DNA from: Desulfosudis oleivorans
Lineage (GTDB): Bacteria > Desulfobacterota > Desulfobacteria > Desulfobacterales > SURF-7
Reading direction: 5' to 3'
Assembly: GCA_020723325.1 (NCBI GenBank)
Contig: DYJD01000027.1
Location: 15,697-79,696, forward strand
Length of the DNA: 64,000 bases
Within the stretch, counting starts at the first letter, position 1, and every line of letters begins with the position of its first letter. Made by a program: the position numbers and the translations under genes. Of this stretch, positions 1 through 10,431 are shown piece by piece. Under the pieces are notes generated by a model. That model searched no databases, was not told the DNA's origin, and was given only the letters and a program-made list of their open reading frames with translations.

Positions 1-910
1 TTCTTCCCATGGGGATGAGCTGGTTTCCGCGTACCGGTTTGGCGAGCTGCAATCGGTAATGCCATTTTATCCAAATGGGGGTGTAAACCCGGTTGATGCA
101 CACATTCATGGCCGTGTCTTGGATCAGGCCGATCCGGCACATTTTATAAATGAACTTTCCGGCCGCGGCGGCGTTGGCTTGTAAATATTCATCGTCGTTC
201 ACATGGCCGCTCACCGGAAACACCGGTCCCCAACTGCCCATGCACCAGAACAAAAAGGGCAGCGGCAGCCCCAAAAGATTAGCAGAAACACTATCCGCCA
301 CACAGGAGAGCACTGCGGCATAGTTTGCGAACATCAGGGTTTCTGGCTGCAAGATTGTGGCTAATTCATCATCGTTCCACATGGGGTCTATCTCTGTGAT
401 ATACCCTAGATCGAACTGGCTATTATCTTCACACATGTTGTCGACTGTTTTCTGCATGAGCGTAACGGCTGGGAAATAGAAAAAATGGGCCTGGGCAAAG
501 CTGCTCATTTCTTCCTGATTAGCCATGTCTTCATGGGTCCCACATGTTAGGCCCTTTTTTTCTTCGTCATTCATTTGTTGGCCGATTCCTGGAAAACAAT
601 ACGCATCCTTAACGGTTTCGATAAAAATGGACGGCTCCCAATAGCTCACCGTTACCCCAATCCTTTTATATCTAGGATATGGGGCCGGACATATGCATAC
701 AGAGGATGGAAAGGCATCAATGGGCTCCACCATGCCTTTTTGCTGACCTATGGGCACCTGGGCGACCTTGATAGGAAAAATTCCAGACCAATATACATCC
801 GAGGCCGGATTAATCATTGATTCTTTACAGATCGTCAGCCCATCCTCTGTTTGCAGGCCAAGGATGGCGATTGTTAAAAATATTGCCCGTACGATTTTAC
901 TTGATTGCAT
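1..910 (-). CDS. traU: F-type conjugal transfer protein TraU (3' end runs off the window)
   Basis: Manual translation from ATG 910: MQSSKIVRAIFL...INPASDVYWSGIFPIKVA...VCICPAP...IGVTVSYWEP...CFP, the TraU pattern; follows traW; absent from the ORF track. Confidence 0.85.
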   Translation of the reverse strand, partial: MQSSKIVRAIFLTIAILGLQTEDGLTICKESMINPASDVYWSGIFPIKVAQVPIGQQKGMVEPIDAFPSSVCICPAPYPRYKRIGVTVSYWEPSIFIETVKDAYCFPGIGQQMNDEEKKGLTCGTHEDMANQEEMSSFAQAHFFYFPAVTLMQKTVDNMCEDNSQFDLGYITEIDPMWNDDELATILQPETLMFANYAAVLSCVADSVSANLLGLPLPFLFWCMGSWGPVFPVSGHVNDDEYLQANAAAAGKFIYKMCRIGLIQDTAMNVCINRVYTPIWIKWHYRLQLAKPVRGNQLIPMGR

Positions 911-1553
911 TTTTACCCTTCTCGATTTGTATTTCTTCCACCTTCATGTATTTCCCCTCCTGCCGGACAACTGCCGGTACGCATTCAATTTGAAACTTGG
1001 TCACGATTTCTCCCAGGGCGTAATACACCGGTCGTTTGATGCGCTCGCGGGTGTCGTACCAGTTGCCATCGGTCAAAAGAATGGTGGTGGATAGACGTTT
1101 ATAATGCGGGCTGTTTTGCAGCCAGGCGATTTGATCGGCATCCGTGCCATCAATGAAAACATAGGTTCTTTTCATCTGCATAAAGTCCAGGGGATTGAAC
1201 TTAAATCCTTTTGGGTAAAGCACGTTGCCGTTCTGGTCCGGTATGTCGAAATCCAGGGCGTGGGTCATATCCACCAAGAAAGCCCTGTTCTCGCGGGCCA
1301 CGGGCAGCTTTTTGACCGTTTCCGGCTTGAAGTTCTTAATCTTTTGCTCCATTACTTTTTTGTCGGCGATTTTCGAAAAATCGATGCTCTTGGCTTTTTC
1401 TTGCAGCTCCATTAAAGCGTCGTTTTCCTTTATGGGGTAGGTCTCGCCTATCTTGCCCATGGAGATTAGGCCGCTCCAGGCCTCACCGCTCAGAATCAGG
1501 ATGCACAGCAGAACAACCGCTGCACTACTATTGGGTTTTTTGGTAAAATTCAT
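897..1553 (-). CDS. traW: F-type pilus assembly protein TraW
   Basis: Signal peptide, GETYPIKEND, DIPDQNGNVLYPKGFKFNPLD, FIDGTDADQIAW; probable start is the internal Met at 1553. Confidence 0.85.
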   Translation of the reverse strand: MNFTKKPNSSAAVVLLCILILSGEAWSGLISMGKIGETYPIKENDALMELQEKAKSIDFSKIADKKVMEQKIKNFKPETVKKLPVARENRAFLVDMTHALDFDIPDQNGNVLYPKGFKFNPLDFMQMKRTYVFIDGTDADQIAWLQNSPHYKRLSTTILLTDGNWYDTRERIKRPVYYALGEIVTKFQIECVPAVVRQEGKYMKVEEIQIEKGKNAIK

Positions 1554-3408
1554 CGATACGATCACGCAGTTTATTTTTAAGGGTAATTGAGCTGATGGTC
1601 TGGATTTCTGAGAACCATTCTGAGAGGTCCATTTTTCCAAAATCCAGGGCCTGAAATTCATCCGGCGTGAACCCCTGGCAGTTGGGGTTGTCGGCCGAGC
1701 CCCAATCGCTCAGGGTTTTGAGCTGCGCCCGGCCCTGCTCTTGAACGATTCTCGCCAGCTTGGAATTGAAACAACAGTAGGTCTTTTCCGTCTCTATGCA
1801 GATGCTCCCCAAAAATGGCACGGATAGTGTTTTGGAACAATGCGGGCCGACGTAATGACAGAGTGCCCGGGATTTCATATCAGCCAGTTCCAGCTCGCTT
1901 TCTCGGCACCGGCCCAGTCCGAAAAAAAAGTCCTTATCCTTGCAGCAGTCCTCCCAACCGATGGTGACCCCGCCGGACCGGCAACGGCGGTCATGGCCAC
2001 TGTAAATATAAATTTTTCCCAGGCACTCCCCATTCTCATCAATGCCGGCATCATTTTTTTTATCGTTCTGGCCCTCCGGCACCCCGTTTAGCTGGATCAT
2101 CCCACAATCGACGGCACTGCACATCTCCAGCGCATGACCGTCCAACTGGACGCACGGCCGATTATTCCCATACGGGCAAGGCTGGCCAAAGGGATAGCAG
2201 CCGTTTTGGATGGGATTGTATTGTAAATCCGGCGGGTCGTCCGGGCATCGCGGCTCACCGGTCTCGCAGACCAGCTTGTCTTTCAAATTCATGGGAGTTC
2301 CAAGGCTCGGTATTTCCTGTTTTGCTCCAAGGCAATCGCCCGTTTGTGTTTGATAGGCGTACCCATCCGGGCAGATACCATTGAAACTGGATACCCGGCA
2401 GTCATCGCTGCCCATAACCGGCAGGCCATACAGACAGGCCTTCACCGTGCCTGGGCCGATGCAGCCCGGGGAACCCAGACAGATCAATTTTCCATTGGGG
2501 TCAAACGTTCCGCCATAGCCGTTGGGACAAAACGGCTTGGCCGGGTCCGGCTCGTAAAGGCAAGCGTTATCCTGGGTTAATGCGCCGAACATGCACCCCT
2601 GGTTTTTAAAACATTGATCCATGTCCGGATCGATCCAGCTTTGGCTGTCCGTGCAGAAGGCCTCTATCTTTTTTGCACAATTGACGGCGTCTATCGGGCA
2701 TAAATGGGTAGGCATGGCGCCCACCTTTCCGAGCGCGCAGGACCACAGGCCACCGCTGGCGACGCTGTCATTCGTGCAGACATACTCCCCAACGGCCGTG
2801 CCCGGAGGCTGCACCGTATAGCCTAGCCGGATTCCATTGATGATGGTGCGCGAATACACAATCCAATAGCCTATCGGCACGCCGGCCATGCTCAGCACGC
2901 TATCGGCCCGGGTGTTCTGCTCCTGCCATTTGCAGGCCTGCCCGTACTCATCCGAATTGCAGAAAGGAGCTGTTGCGCTGGTCCGGTTGAGTTCTGGAAA
3001 CTCATTACTCGGTGGATTGGCCACGGCATTGTCCACCATGGTCGGGTCCACATAATTAAGGGTTAAGGTCACGCTGGTTCCCGGCATAATGGTGCCGCTA
3101 CGGTCCACACCGCAGGTCAGATAGCTCGGCAGGGCCGGATTTGTGCCGGGTATGTATTGCATTGACCCGTCACAGGTGGCATGCATGGTGGCACCATCCA
3201 CCACAAAATCAACGCCGTTGTCCGGCCCGATTGGTCCGCCTTGGGGTACAATTTCCATGGTGTGGGTTTCTGTGATTGTCGGCAGGTCCGTTCGATAAAC
3301 TGAAAAATTGAACTTGTCGCCATTGAGGTCGAACACTACCGTGTCGGCGGAGGCGTTGCCCACAAACACCATTAATAAACTAAGTATGGTTGCATTTATT
3401 CTGGCCAT
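1528..3408 (-). CDS. traN: Mating-pair stabilisation protein TraN
   Basis: Cys-rich, with C-terminal CHYVG..C...YCCFNSKLARIVQEQGRAQL..WG...PNCQGFTPDEFQALDFGKMDLSEW. Confidence 0.92.
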   Translation of the reverse strand: MARINATILSLLMVFVGNASADTVVFDLNGDKFNFSVYRTDLPTITETHTMEIVPQGGPIGPDNGVDFVVDGATMHATCDGSMQYIPGTNPALPSYLTCGVDRSGTIMPGTSVTLTLNYVDPTMVDNAVANPPSNEFPELNRTSATAPFCNSDEYGQACKWQEQNTRADSVLSMAGVPIGYWIVYSRTIINGIRLGYTVQPPGTAVGEYVCTNDSVASGGLWSCALGKVGAMPTHLCPIDAVNCAKKIEAFCTDSQSWIDPDMDQCFKNQGCMFGALTQDNACLYEPDPAKPFCPNGYGGTFDPNGKLICLGSPGCIGPGTVKACLYGLPVMGSDDCRVSSFNGICPDGYAYQTQTGDCLGAKQEIPSLGTPMNLKDKLVCETGEPRCPDDPPDLQYNPIQNGCYPFGQPCPYGNNRPCVQLDGHALEMCSAVDCGMIQLNGVPEGQNDKKNDAGIDENGECLGKIYIYSGHDRRCRSGGVTIGWEDCCKDKDFFFGLGRCRESELELADMKSRALCHYVGPHCSKTLSVPFLGSICIETEKTYCCFNSKLARIVQEQGRAQLKTLSDWGSADNPNCQGFTPDEFQALDFGKMDLSEWFSEIQTISSITLKNKLRDRIDEFYQKTQ

Positions 3409-3851
3409 ATTTTTTTCAATTCCCGTTGCACGTTATTGATATAAGCATACGCTCTCTGTCGCAGTTCAGGGCTCAGCTCGTCGGGCGACTTGCCGCAGTT
3501 GTAACAGGCCACGGCATCCCAGGTGTTGCCGTAGCGCTCGACGCATTGCCGCAAGATCCAGGCCCCTACCCGCGTGCAATAGCAGGGGTTTTCCGGGAGG
3601 AGGGTCCAGCCGGCCGCTCCCATCTTTTTAATCCACTGGCTGTTGATCTGCATGTGGCCGAGATCAACCGAGTTATTGGGGTTGGTATTGATCGCGTCCG
3701 GCCTGTGCCGGCTTTCCACGGCGGAAATCGCATACAGGAGATGCGGTGACACCTGGAATTCAATGCCTGCTTGTTCAAAGCAGTATTCGCCCGCTTCCAC
3801 TCCGGAACAAACCAACAACAATGTCAATAACAGCGCGGTTTTACCTTTCAT
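3396..3851 (-). CDS. Lytic transglycosylase (SLT domain)
   Basis: CFEQAG...LLYAISAVES...DLGHMQINS...AVACYN motifs. Confidence 0.9.
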   Translation of the reverse strand: MKGKTALLLTLLLVCSGVEAGEYCFEQAGIEFQVSPHLLYAISAVESRHRPDAINTNPNNSVDLGHMQINSQWIKKMGAAGWTLLPENPCYCTRVGAWILRQCVERYGNTWDAVACYNCGKSPDELSPELRQRAYAYINNVQRELKKIWPE

Positions 3852-3937
3852 TCACGGTCCCCAGCCACCAATGGACATACGTCCGCTCCTGAAAAAATGA
3901 TCATTTCTTGGGTTGTTTATCGTATTTTGAGGAGAGC

Positions 3938-4735
3938 TTATTCCAGCCGTGCCCGCAACTCCATTTCCATGTCGGCGAGCAGGCCAAGGATCTCCTTTTC
4001 AAGTGCCTTCAGGTTCGCGCCTTCAACTCTTTTGCCATTGTCCAGAATGAACAGGGGGACGCCTTTTACACCGAGTTGCTCGGTGGTGGCTCTGGTTTTG
4101 GCCAGCAGTTCCTCGGCCCGATCGCACTCCTCCCCTTCCCTTTTGGTCTCGGAGGCGCTTAAATCCAAATATTCATCGATATTCATCTGATTGCAGATGG
4201 CCGCCCTTGCCTTTGGGTTATTCTCCCGAAGAGGGGCGATAATGAGCTTGATCGCCATTCCATAGCGTTCCGATATGGTCTTGATTTGGGATCCGGCCGT
4301 CTGGCAATAGTGGCAGTCCGGGTCCGCGATCATATACAGACTTCGGTGTATGTTGCGCTCTTGCGGGGTGTAGGTGATCGATACGCAATCATCCAGGACC
4401 TTCCTTTTTTGTTCAGCCGTCGCTACTTCCAATTCGTCTATCTTTCTTTTGGTGACGGCCTTTTGGTCCTGGAACATATCCCCCACCAGCACGTAATCAG
4501 GCGATACATACAACGGGAAATATTTACCGCTGCTTTCCACGATAATTTCGCAAAGGCCGTGCACCGGCGTCTGCGAGAGAATCTTGAACTTTGGAGGCAA
4601 AAACGCATGCTTCTGAATGGTATCCATGCCGGTCAAGCATGGATTTGGCTCCTGAGTCTCAGGCCGTAGGGTGGTTTCTGCGCAACCGATACAACTGAAA
4701 AGGATCAGCGCGATTATTATTGAATTATTTCTCAT
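3938..4735 (-). CDS. dsbC: DsbC-family thiol-disulfide isomerase
   Basis: DPDCHYC active site, GVKGVP cis-Pro loop, N-terminal dimerisation region; typical of F-type T4SS. Confidence 0.85.
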   Translation of the reverse strand: MRNNSIIIALILFSCIGCAETTLRPETQEPNPCLTGMDTIQKHAFLPPKFKILSQTPVHGLCEIIVESSGKYFPLYVSPDYVLVGDMFQDQKAVTKRKIDELEVATAEQKRKVLDDCVSITYTPQERNIHRSLYMIADPDCHYCQTAGSQIKTISERYGMAIKLIIAPLRENNPKARAAICNQMNIDEYLDLSASETKREGEECDRAEELLAKTRATTEQLGVKGVPLFILDNGKRVEGANLKALEKEILGLLADMEMELRARLE

Positions 4736-5297
4736 CGGCAGTACCTTCCTGGTTGACGGTTTGTCCTTTCAATTTCCTCAACTCGTCAAATTCATATATA
4801 ATTCTATTCCTGTCGGTTATATTTAGAGAATAAACCATCAAGTTTTTCATTTCATATTGATCAGGAGTAGTTGCGTATACACTAATCAATATATTTTCTT
4901 CAGGCGACGAGGTTCTTGACCATAAGTAGCGGTCGTGTTGTTCGGTCAAAAGGGCTTCGAGTTCGCCATCAAACACCATATAAAGTTCTTTTTTTTGTTT
5001 ATCGATAGCCAGACGAAAGCCTTCATTTTTTGCTATACGCTCTCTATTTGTTTGAAACACGAAACCAAAACCGTTTAGCGTGAAAAAGAAATTGCTTGCA
5101 ACCAGCCCTGATTGACCATGCTTAGGCAAATCCTTCGATGTATTTGTTTTCATATCGTGTTCGGAGCCCCTCCAATTCTTTTCTTTAATATAATAAATCC
5201 CAAAGCTGCTGAGTATAAACAAGACGCTGAAGACCATTCCTGCCGCAAACGCAAGAAACATCTTCGCTTTTTGCACCTTGCCGGCATCCAAATTCAT
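4725..5297 (-). CDS. Membrane-anchored hypothetical protein (candidate entry exclusion protein)
   Basis: N-terminal TM helix, AT-rich, directly downstream of traG. Confidence 0.5.
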   Translation of the reverse strand: MNLDAGKVQKAKMFLAFAAGMVFSVLFILSSFGIYYIKEKNWRGSEHDMKTNTSKDLPKHGQSGLVASNFFFTLNGFGFVFQTNRERIAKNEGFRLAIDKQKKELYMVFDGELEALLTEQHDRYLWSRTSSPEENILISVYATTPDQYEMKNLMVYSLNITDRNRIIYEFDELRKLKGQTVNQEGTADEK

Positions 5298-5307
5298 TTC
5301 TGCCCTT

Positions 5308-8300
5308 CTATTTCCTTCCTGGATGGTAATATGGATTGTCCTTACTAATTGTTTCTCTTGTTTGCGGATCTGTCAGCTCGATAAGTTTGTCTCCTCTTGC
5401 CTCCTTATTTCCCCAACCTAAGATATTAGATAAGCCGTCACCTGTAAAAAATCCGAGAGCACCTCCTAACGGTCCTGGCACAACATTCCTGCCGACATCC
5501 ATTGCCCCTTTGGTTTTGGCTACGGTATGAATGGCTTCTTCAGGCGATTTACCAGCCTTTTCTATAAGTTGATTATAGGTCTCTGTTTGTACCGGATTAA
5601 GATGAGTATCAACACCACCATCATATCGCCATCTGTTGGCATGAGTGATACTTTCTTGACCGGTCGTGCGGCTGGTCAGATTAGACGATCTAATATTGTT
5701 GAGGCTGAGTCGCCCGTTCTCGTAGCCGGCATTGAAACTCACCGCATCCCCGGGATTTACCTGCACTTCATGAGAGCCCAATTGTTGATTTATGGCGTTT
5801 GCCTGGGATTCTGTCAGGCTGGCAATGGATTGATTCATGCTGGCAATTTCTACCGCCCGGCGGCCGGTTTCTGTCTGCATCAATTCCCCGAATCGCCTTT
5901 GCTGCTTGGGTGTTAGAGGCAGGCCGAGTAAACTTCGATTCACGGCCGCGCGCATGGTGGCGTCGGCGACCCGCTGTTGGGCGCTGGTCATTGCGCTATA
6001 CCCCGCGTTTTCAACGGAACCCACGCCCGCCAGGTCTCCTTTTTGCTGCGCGATTTCTTTTTCGGTCAGGACCCCGGCCTCACCGGGCGTCAGATTATCG
6101 ATCTGGGCATTATTTCTTGCCCCTTGGAGTTCTCCCAGCATTGCGCTCCGAGAAGGTCCGCCCATGGTTTCGCTTTCTGTAACCATGCGGGCTGTCTGGG
6201 TCGCATTGGCTTCCGCCAGCCGGCCGGCTGCCGTTCCGGGATCGCCGCTGCCAAACAGGCTGGTTTCTTGATTCATGGTTTCCAAGGCTTTTTGCTTGCC
6301 GTATACTTCCGGGCCGACTTCATTTTTAACCGCTGCGCTTAAATCTCCTGCTCCAAGCGTTTGGATGCTTTGCTCGGCCGCCGTGGTGCCCCTGACCGTC
6401 TGATAGGCCTGCCCCTGCCCTTCCCTCATGGCCGCCGCCGTGGGATTGCCGCCCCCGAGTTCCTGGGTTTTTGTGGTCATAGCGGCCGCAGCGGCGGTCA
6501 CACCGTAAGCGATGGCCGCTGCCTCCGCATTCGCGGCCGTGTCCGGGTGGCCGAAATGTTCGACTTTTTTCTCGGCGGTCCCCACGCGGGTTTGTTCGCC
6601 GAGCACATTGCCCGCCGCGCTCCTGCCGGCCGCCTGGAGCGGATTTCCGGACCCGAGGTGATCCACAATACCCTGGCTGGTTTGCATGGCGGTCCCTAAT
6701 TGATACATCTCTTGGTTCGCCATGTTTCCGTAACCGTAGGAATTTGCCACTGCCAAAACCGGGACAGCGCGTGTAAGTTGCTGGAGAGCGGCGGCCCTTC
6801 TTTCTGGATTTTCGGTTTGCAGGGCGGCACCGGCTCCGTAGCTCCGGGATGCTGATAATTGATCAGCAAAATGAGCCATGGCCGTACCTCCAAAATGGGC
6901 CAGCATGGACGATAGAACGCCGGCAATCATCATCCCTGCCCACCTGGCCGAACCGAATATTGCCAGGGCTTTTGTGGCCTCATCCTCGAACATTAAAAGA
7001 CTACGCAACCCCAGCTTCCCTTGGGCGATTTCATGGAACAGGGCAACGCTCTTATGCATGGCAAATGAATGAATCAGGGCGTCACAGATCCCCCAGGAAG
7101 TAATGAAAACAAACATCCCGAATATAAAACCAACTATTCGCCCGCAAAGCGGCGTGGGGATCAACAACGCCAAAAAAGGAAAAAGGCCGATGAACGCGGC
7201 AAACACCATGGCCCGGATTACCGGTATCCAACTGTTGGCCATGGACTGCATACCACCCAGGGAAACCCCGGCCTGCCGGTCGGCCAGGACCTGATAATCC
7301 CCGCTCTGCACCGCATCGAACATGCCCCTTGCGATCAGGGCTTGAATTACGATTTGCTCGGAAGTCACGGCCGACCCTATCAAATGACTGACAGCGGTCG
7401 TGACCTTGTCGCGATATTGATCGGCCATGTCCGGGCCTACCGCTCCGAGTACATTGGCGAGCCCGCATTTTCCGCTCTTTTCCTTGTAAAAGCGCGTCAC
7501 GACATCACTTGTCGGCGTTAACGTCGAAAAATAATTGTTAAGCGAAACCCAGCATTGCTGACAATCGACGGTGATTCCGGCCTTGTTCGCGTCGTCCTTC
7601 CATACTGTGAATATGGCTGGATTGGCGGCATTAGCCAAAAGGCTCGTAAAGTCAGTAGTCGTATAGAAATCGTTGATATTGATGGTCGAGCCGGGCCGGC
7701 TGAGTTCAAAAACGACGCAATCTTTTGTGTATCGATTCAAATTCAAATATGTATAGGCGCCAGGGTCCGGGGTGCCGGCCAGATTAACCTCCCCGCCCCC
7801 GCTGAACGCGCTTTTAATCATGTCAAAAACAGTCCCGCCGGCGCTGTCTCGAAAGGATTCTATATCCCCGGAAGTCCAAATCACGTCCACCAACCCTTTT
7901 TCAATTTTATTGGACAGGCAGGCAATCACGATCAAACCTTCCGGGACCCCTCCCACCGTGATTTGCTGATTCATAACCTCATCGTAGATCGTTATCTCCG
8001 ATGTGGGCTGAATGAATGTTTTGTAGAGAATTACCCCCAGAATGATTGTCCCGAATATGCCCATCCAATTTGCAGTGGATATGCCGTTCCCCGCAATGGC
8101 CCTGAGAGCCGCGTTTATACATCCAAACACAATCGAAAGGACGATGATCCCAAAGAACAAGCCCTGATAACGGCTATCACTCATCATGAGGCCGATTCTC
8201 TGGAACGTATCCACGACCGTATCGAACTCCCCATAGGTCGTGTACACGTTAAAACCGGTCGGCACCACCGCGAACGCCCCATCGGACACGCCGAGGAATG

Positions 8301-8337
8301 TTACGGTGATTGCAAGGATGATCAGAATCTTTTTCAT
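5308..8337 (-). CDS. traG: Conjugal transfer protein TraG (N-terminal TraG domain plus long Ala/Gly-rich tail)
   Basis: 1009 aa, several TM segments, GGVPEGL, WIPVIRAMVFAAFIGLFPF; follows traH. Confidence 0.88.
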   Translation of the reverse strand: MKKILIILAITVTFLGVSDGAFAVVPTGFNVYTTYGEFDTVVDTFQRIGLMMSDSRYQGLFFGIIVLSIVFGCINAALRAIAGNGISTANWMGIFGTIILGVILYKTFIQPTSEITIYDEVMNQQITVGGVPEGLIVIACLSNKIEKGLVDVIWTSGDIESFRDSAGGTVFDMIKSAFSGGGEVNLAGTPDPGAYTYLNLNRYTKDCVVFELSRPGSTININDFYTTTDFTSLLANAANPAIFTVWKDDANKAGITVDCQQCWVSLNNYFSTLTPTSDVVTRFYKEKSGKCGLANVLGAVGPDMADQYRDKVTTAVSHLIGSAVTSEQIVIQALIARGMFDAVQSGDYQVLADRQAGVSLGGMQSMANSWIPVIRAMVFAAFIGLFPFLALLIPTPLCGRIVGFIFGMFVFITSWGICDALIHSFAMHKSVALFHEIAQGKLGLRSLLMFEDEATKALAIFGSARWAGMMIAGVLSSMLAHFGGTAMAHFADQLSASRSYGAGAALQTENPERRAAALQQLTRAVPVLAVANSYGYGNMANQEMYQLGTAMQTSQGIVDHLGSGNPLQAAGRSAAGNVLGEQTRVGTAEKKVEHFGHPDTAANAEAAAIAYGVTAAAAAMTTKTQELGGGNPTAAAMREGQGQAYQTVRGTTAAEQSIQTLGAGDLSAAVKNEVGPEVYGKQKALETMNQETSLFGSGDPGTAAGRLAEANATQTARMVTESETMGGPSRSAMLGELQGARNNAQIDNLTPGEAGVLTEKEIAQQKGDLAGVGSVENAGYSAMTSAQQRVADATMRAAVNRSLLGLPLTPKQQRRFGELMQTETGRRAVEIASMNQSIASLTESQANAINQQLGSHEVQVNPGDAVSFNAGYENGRLSLNNIRSSNLTSRTTGQESITHANRWRYDGGVDTHLNPVQTETYNQLIEKAGKSPEEAIHTVAKTKGAMDVGRNVVPGPLGGALGFFTGDGLSNILGWGNKEARGDKLIELTDPQTRETISKDNPYYHPGRK

Positions 8338-8357
8338 GCTGGACGATCCCCTAATAA

Positions 8358-8942
8358 CTACTGTTCCGGCTGAGACGGCTGGACCGGTAACGTAATTTCA
8401 AAAGTCTCGTAATCTATATAATATTTAAAGGTGTTAGGAGGCGTGAAATCCTCAATATGGGCCGCAGCTAATATATATGCCTTACCACCAAGTTGTTTTA
8501 AATATTTCGTTATTGTTTGATTTGTAACTTCACTTTTAAATTGAATGGCATTAGTTGTTGCAACATATTTGAAACTATATGAAAATGATAAATTCATGTT
8601 GTGGAAGGCCCAACTATCCAGTTCTATACCTTCACCTTTAAAAATGCCGTTCACAAATTGCTGCTCGGTAATATTCGCGGATGGAGTTACAAAAAGAGCT
8701 ATATAGAGGAATTTTAAATCTGATTCTGCATCCACATCATAGCTTATTGTAAATGTATCGGCTGTAGCTAATTCGCTTGGAGTTACTTTCAAATTAGTCA
8801 AAGAAATCCTTGGGGTGGCATTTGGTGTGCTGGGCTGCGTGTTGTTATGGGGCTGCGGAACATCAACTCCTGTATCACCAGAGCAACCCCAAAAAATAAA
8901 AGCAATTAAAATTGAAGCCAGTATTGTCCTATTACCTTTCAT
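8358..8942 (-). CDS. Hypothetical lipoprotein
   Basis: Lipobox-like FWGC after a hydrophobic stretch; AT-rich; lies between traH and traG. Confidence 0.7.
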   Translation of the reverse strand: MKGNRTILASILIAFIFWGCSGDTGVDVPQPHNNTQPSTPNATPRISLTNLKVTPSELATADTFTISYDVDAESDLKFLYIALFVTPSANITEQQFVNGIFKGEGIELDSWAFHNMNLSFSYSFKYVATTNAIQFKSEVTNQTITKYLKQLGGKAYILAAAHIEDFTPPNTFKYYIDYETFEITLPVQPSQPEQ

Positions 8943-8964
8943 CTTTTTATTACTCTCCTTTGGT

Positions 8965-10431
8965 CTAATTCGATTTTATACGGCCTCGATGAACTTCGTT
9001 CATCCGCTCGTTTTCGATTTGCCGTTTGGCTTCCACCGCCCCTTGGCCCATGGCAAGATAGGCCACGTATTGATTAACACTCATATCGTAGTCCCTTGTT
9101 ACGGCGATTTTGTATGCTCTTATCTTTTCTTTCATTCTACCAAGCGATGTTATTGCTCCTTGGGCCAATTGAAGTTGGCAGTCTTTCTGGCCTCCGCCGC
9201 TGTCGGTCCCCTGTTTGTTTTTGGCAATGGTTTCTGCCGTGTTGATCACCTGGCTGGTGGTTTCGTATAGATCGGTAATCATCGCGTACGTGTAGGCTGA
9301 TGCTGCTATTTCACTATACGGCCTGACTACATCGGCCGAAATAGTACTCTCACCACGTTTTTCAACTTCTTGCTTTAATCCCATGTAGATCGAGCCAGGT
9401 AACGCACTAACAAAGGTGGTTTGATCGTTTGTCAAAGGAGATTTTGCAACTAGATTGTCGGCAATCCCGACCATCATGTCCGACACATATTCCCGAATCG
9501 ACCCATAAGTATGGCCGTTTATAATAAAAGAACTGAGTTTTTCGCAGACATTGGTATTCTTAGTGCGTTGGTACATTTCCCCGTACATGAATTCCGCTAT
9601 TCTTTCTGGTCTATTTTCACTACATGGGTCTAAGTAGTTATAATCTAAATTGGGAGAAACCTCGATATCACCTACAAGGCCTCTGATAAGTTCGATATAC
9701 CCAACAGCTATTCCTCTTTCGTTAGCCAGATTTTCCAGCACAGACCCGGCCTTGAAAAAAGTATTTTGCATAGCCGGCGGGCAGCCGGACACCATGCTTG
9801 CCTTGGTTGCACCGTATGCAGCAAGTGCTTGATCGGCTGTTGCATTTTCACCACCTGAAATTACATCTTTATAATATTGCTCCAATCCAGAATCTACTAG
9901 AAAATTCGATACAGCCTCTGTTTCTGCAGGACCAGCCAAACTGCCTGGGGTATGATCCTTCATAATAGCTACGACCGCTTTTTGCGCTTTGCAGTCATCC
10001 AAATTCAACTGGTTTAAACGGTCAATTAACGCCGAGAGTGACTTAAATTCTTTTGCGCACGGCTCACACAACAAATTCATTGAGATATCGAATAGGTATG
10101 TTTCCATTGAATGGGTCATTATATTTTTAAATTTTTCTCCTAAATATTTCATTTTTGTATAACCCATTCCCCCCAGAAAAACATCAATGCCTCCACAGCC
10201 GCTCGAAAACCGTGGCTTAGCTATCGTTAATAGGTAGTCCTTGTTGTTCGCCCAGCGCATATTGACTCCGCCGGCGGATGCATATCCGCGCTTTTGATCC
10301 TCCATGGTCGTGGGACCATGCACGGTTTTTTGGTTGATCCAATCATCCACCCACGCAGCACGACACACACCCTGAAGCAAGAAAAAACTAATGAGTACCA
10401 GCGAGGATTTCACAAGCCTTGTCATATCCAA
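8965..10431 (-). CDS. traH: Pilus assembly protein TraH
   Basis: QKRGYASAGG...PRFSSGCGGIDVFLGG...LCEPC...LNLDDC. Confidence 0.92.
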   Translation of the reverse strand: MDMTRLVKSSLVLISFFLLQGVCRAAWVDDWINQKTVHGPTTMEDQKRGYASAGGVNMRWANNKDYLLTIAKPRFSSGCGGIDVFLGGMGYTKMKYLGEKFKNIMTHSMETYLFDISMNLLCEPCAKEFKSLSALIDRLNQLNLDDCKAQKAVVAIMKDHTPGSLAGPAETEAVSNFLVDSGLEQYYKDVISGGENATADQALAAYGATKASMVSGCPPAMQNTFFKAGSVLENLANERGIAVGYIELIRGLVGDIEVSPNLDYNYLDPCSENRPERIAEFMYGEMYQRTKNTNVCEKLSSFIINGHTYGSIREYVSDMMVGIADNLVAKSPLTNDQTTFVSALPGSIYMGLKQEVEKRGESTISADVVRPYSEIAASAYTYAMITDLYETTSQVINTAETIAKNKQGTDSGGGQKDCQLQLAQGAITSLGRMKEKIRAYKIAVTRDYDMSVNQYVAYLAMGQGAVEAKRQIENERMNEVHRGRIKSN

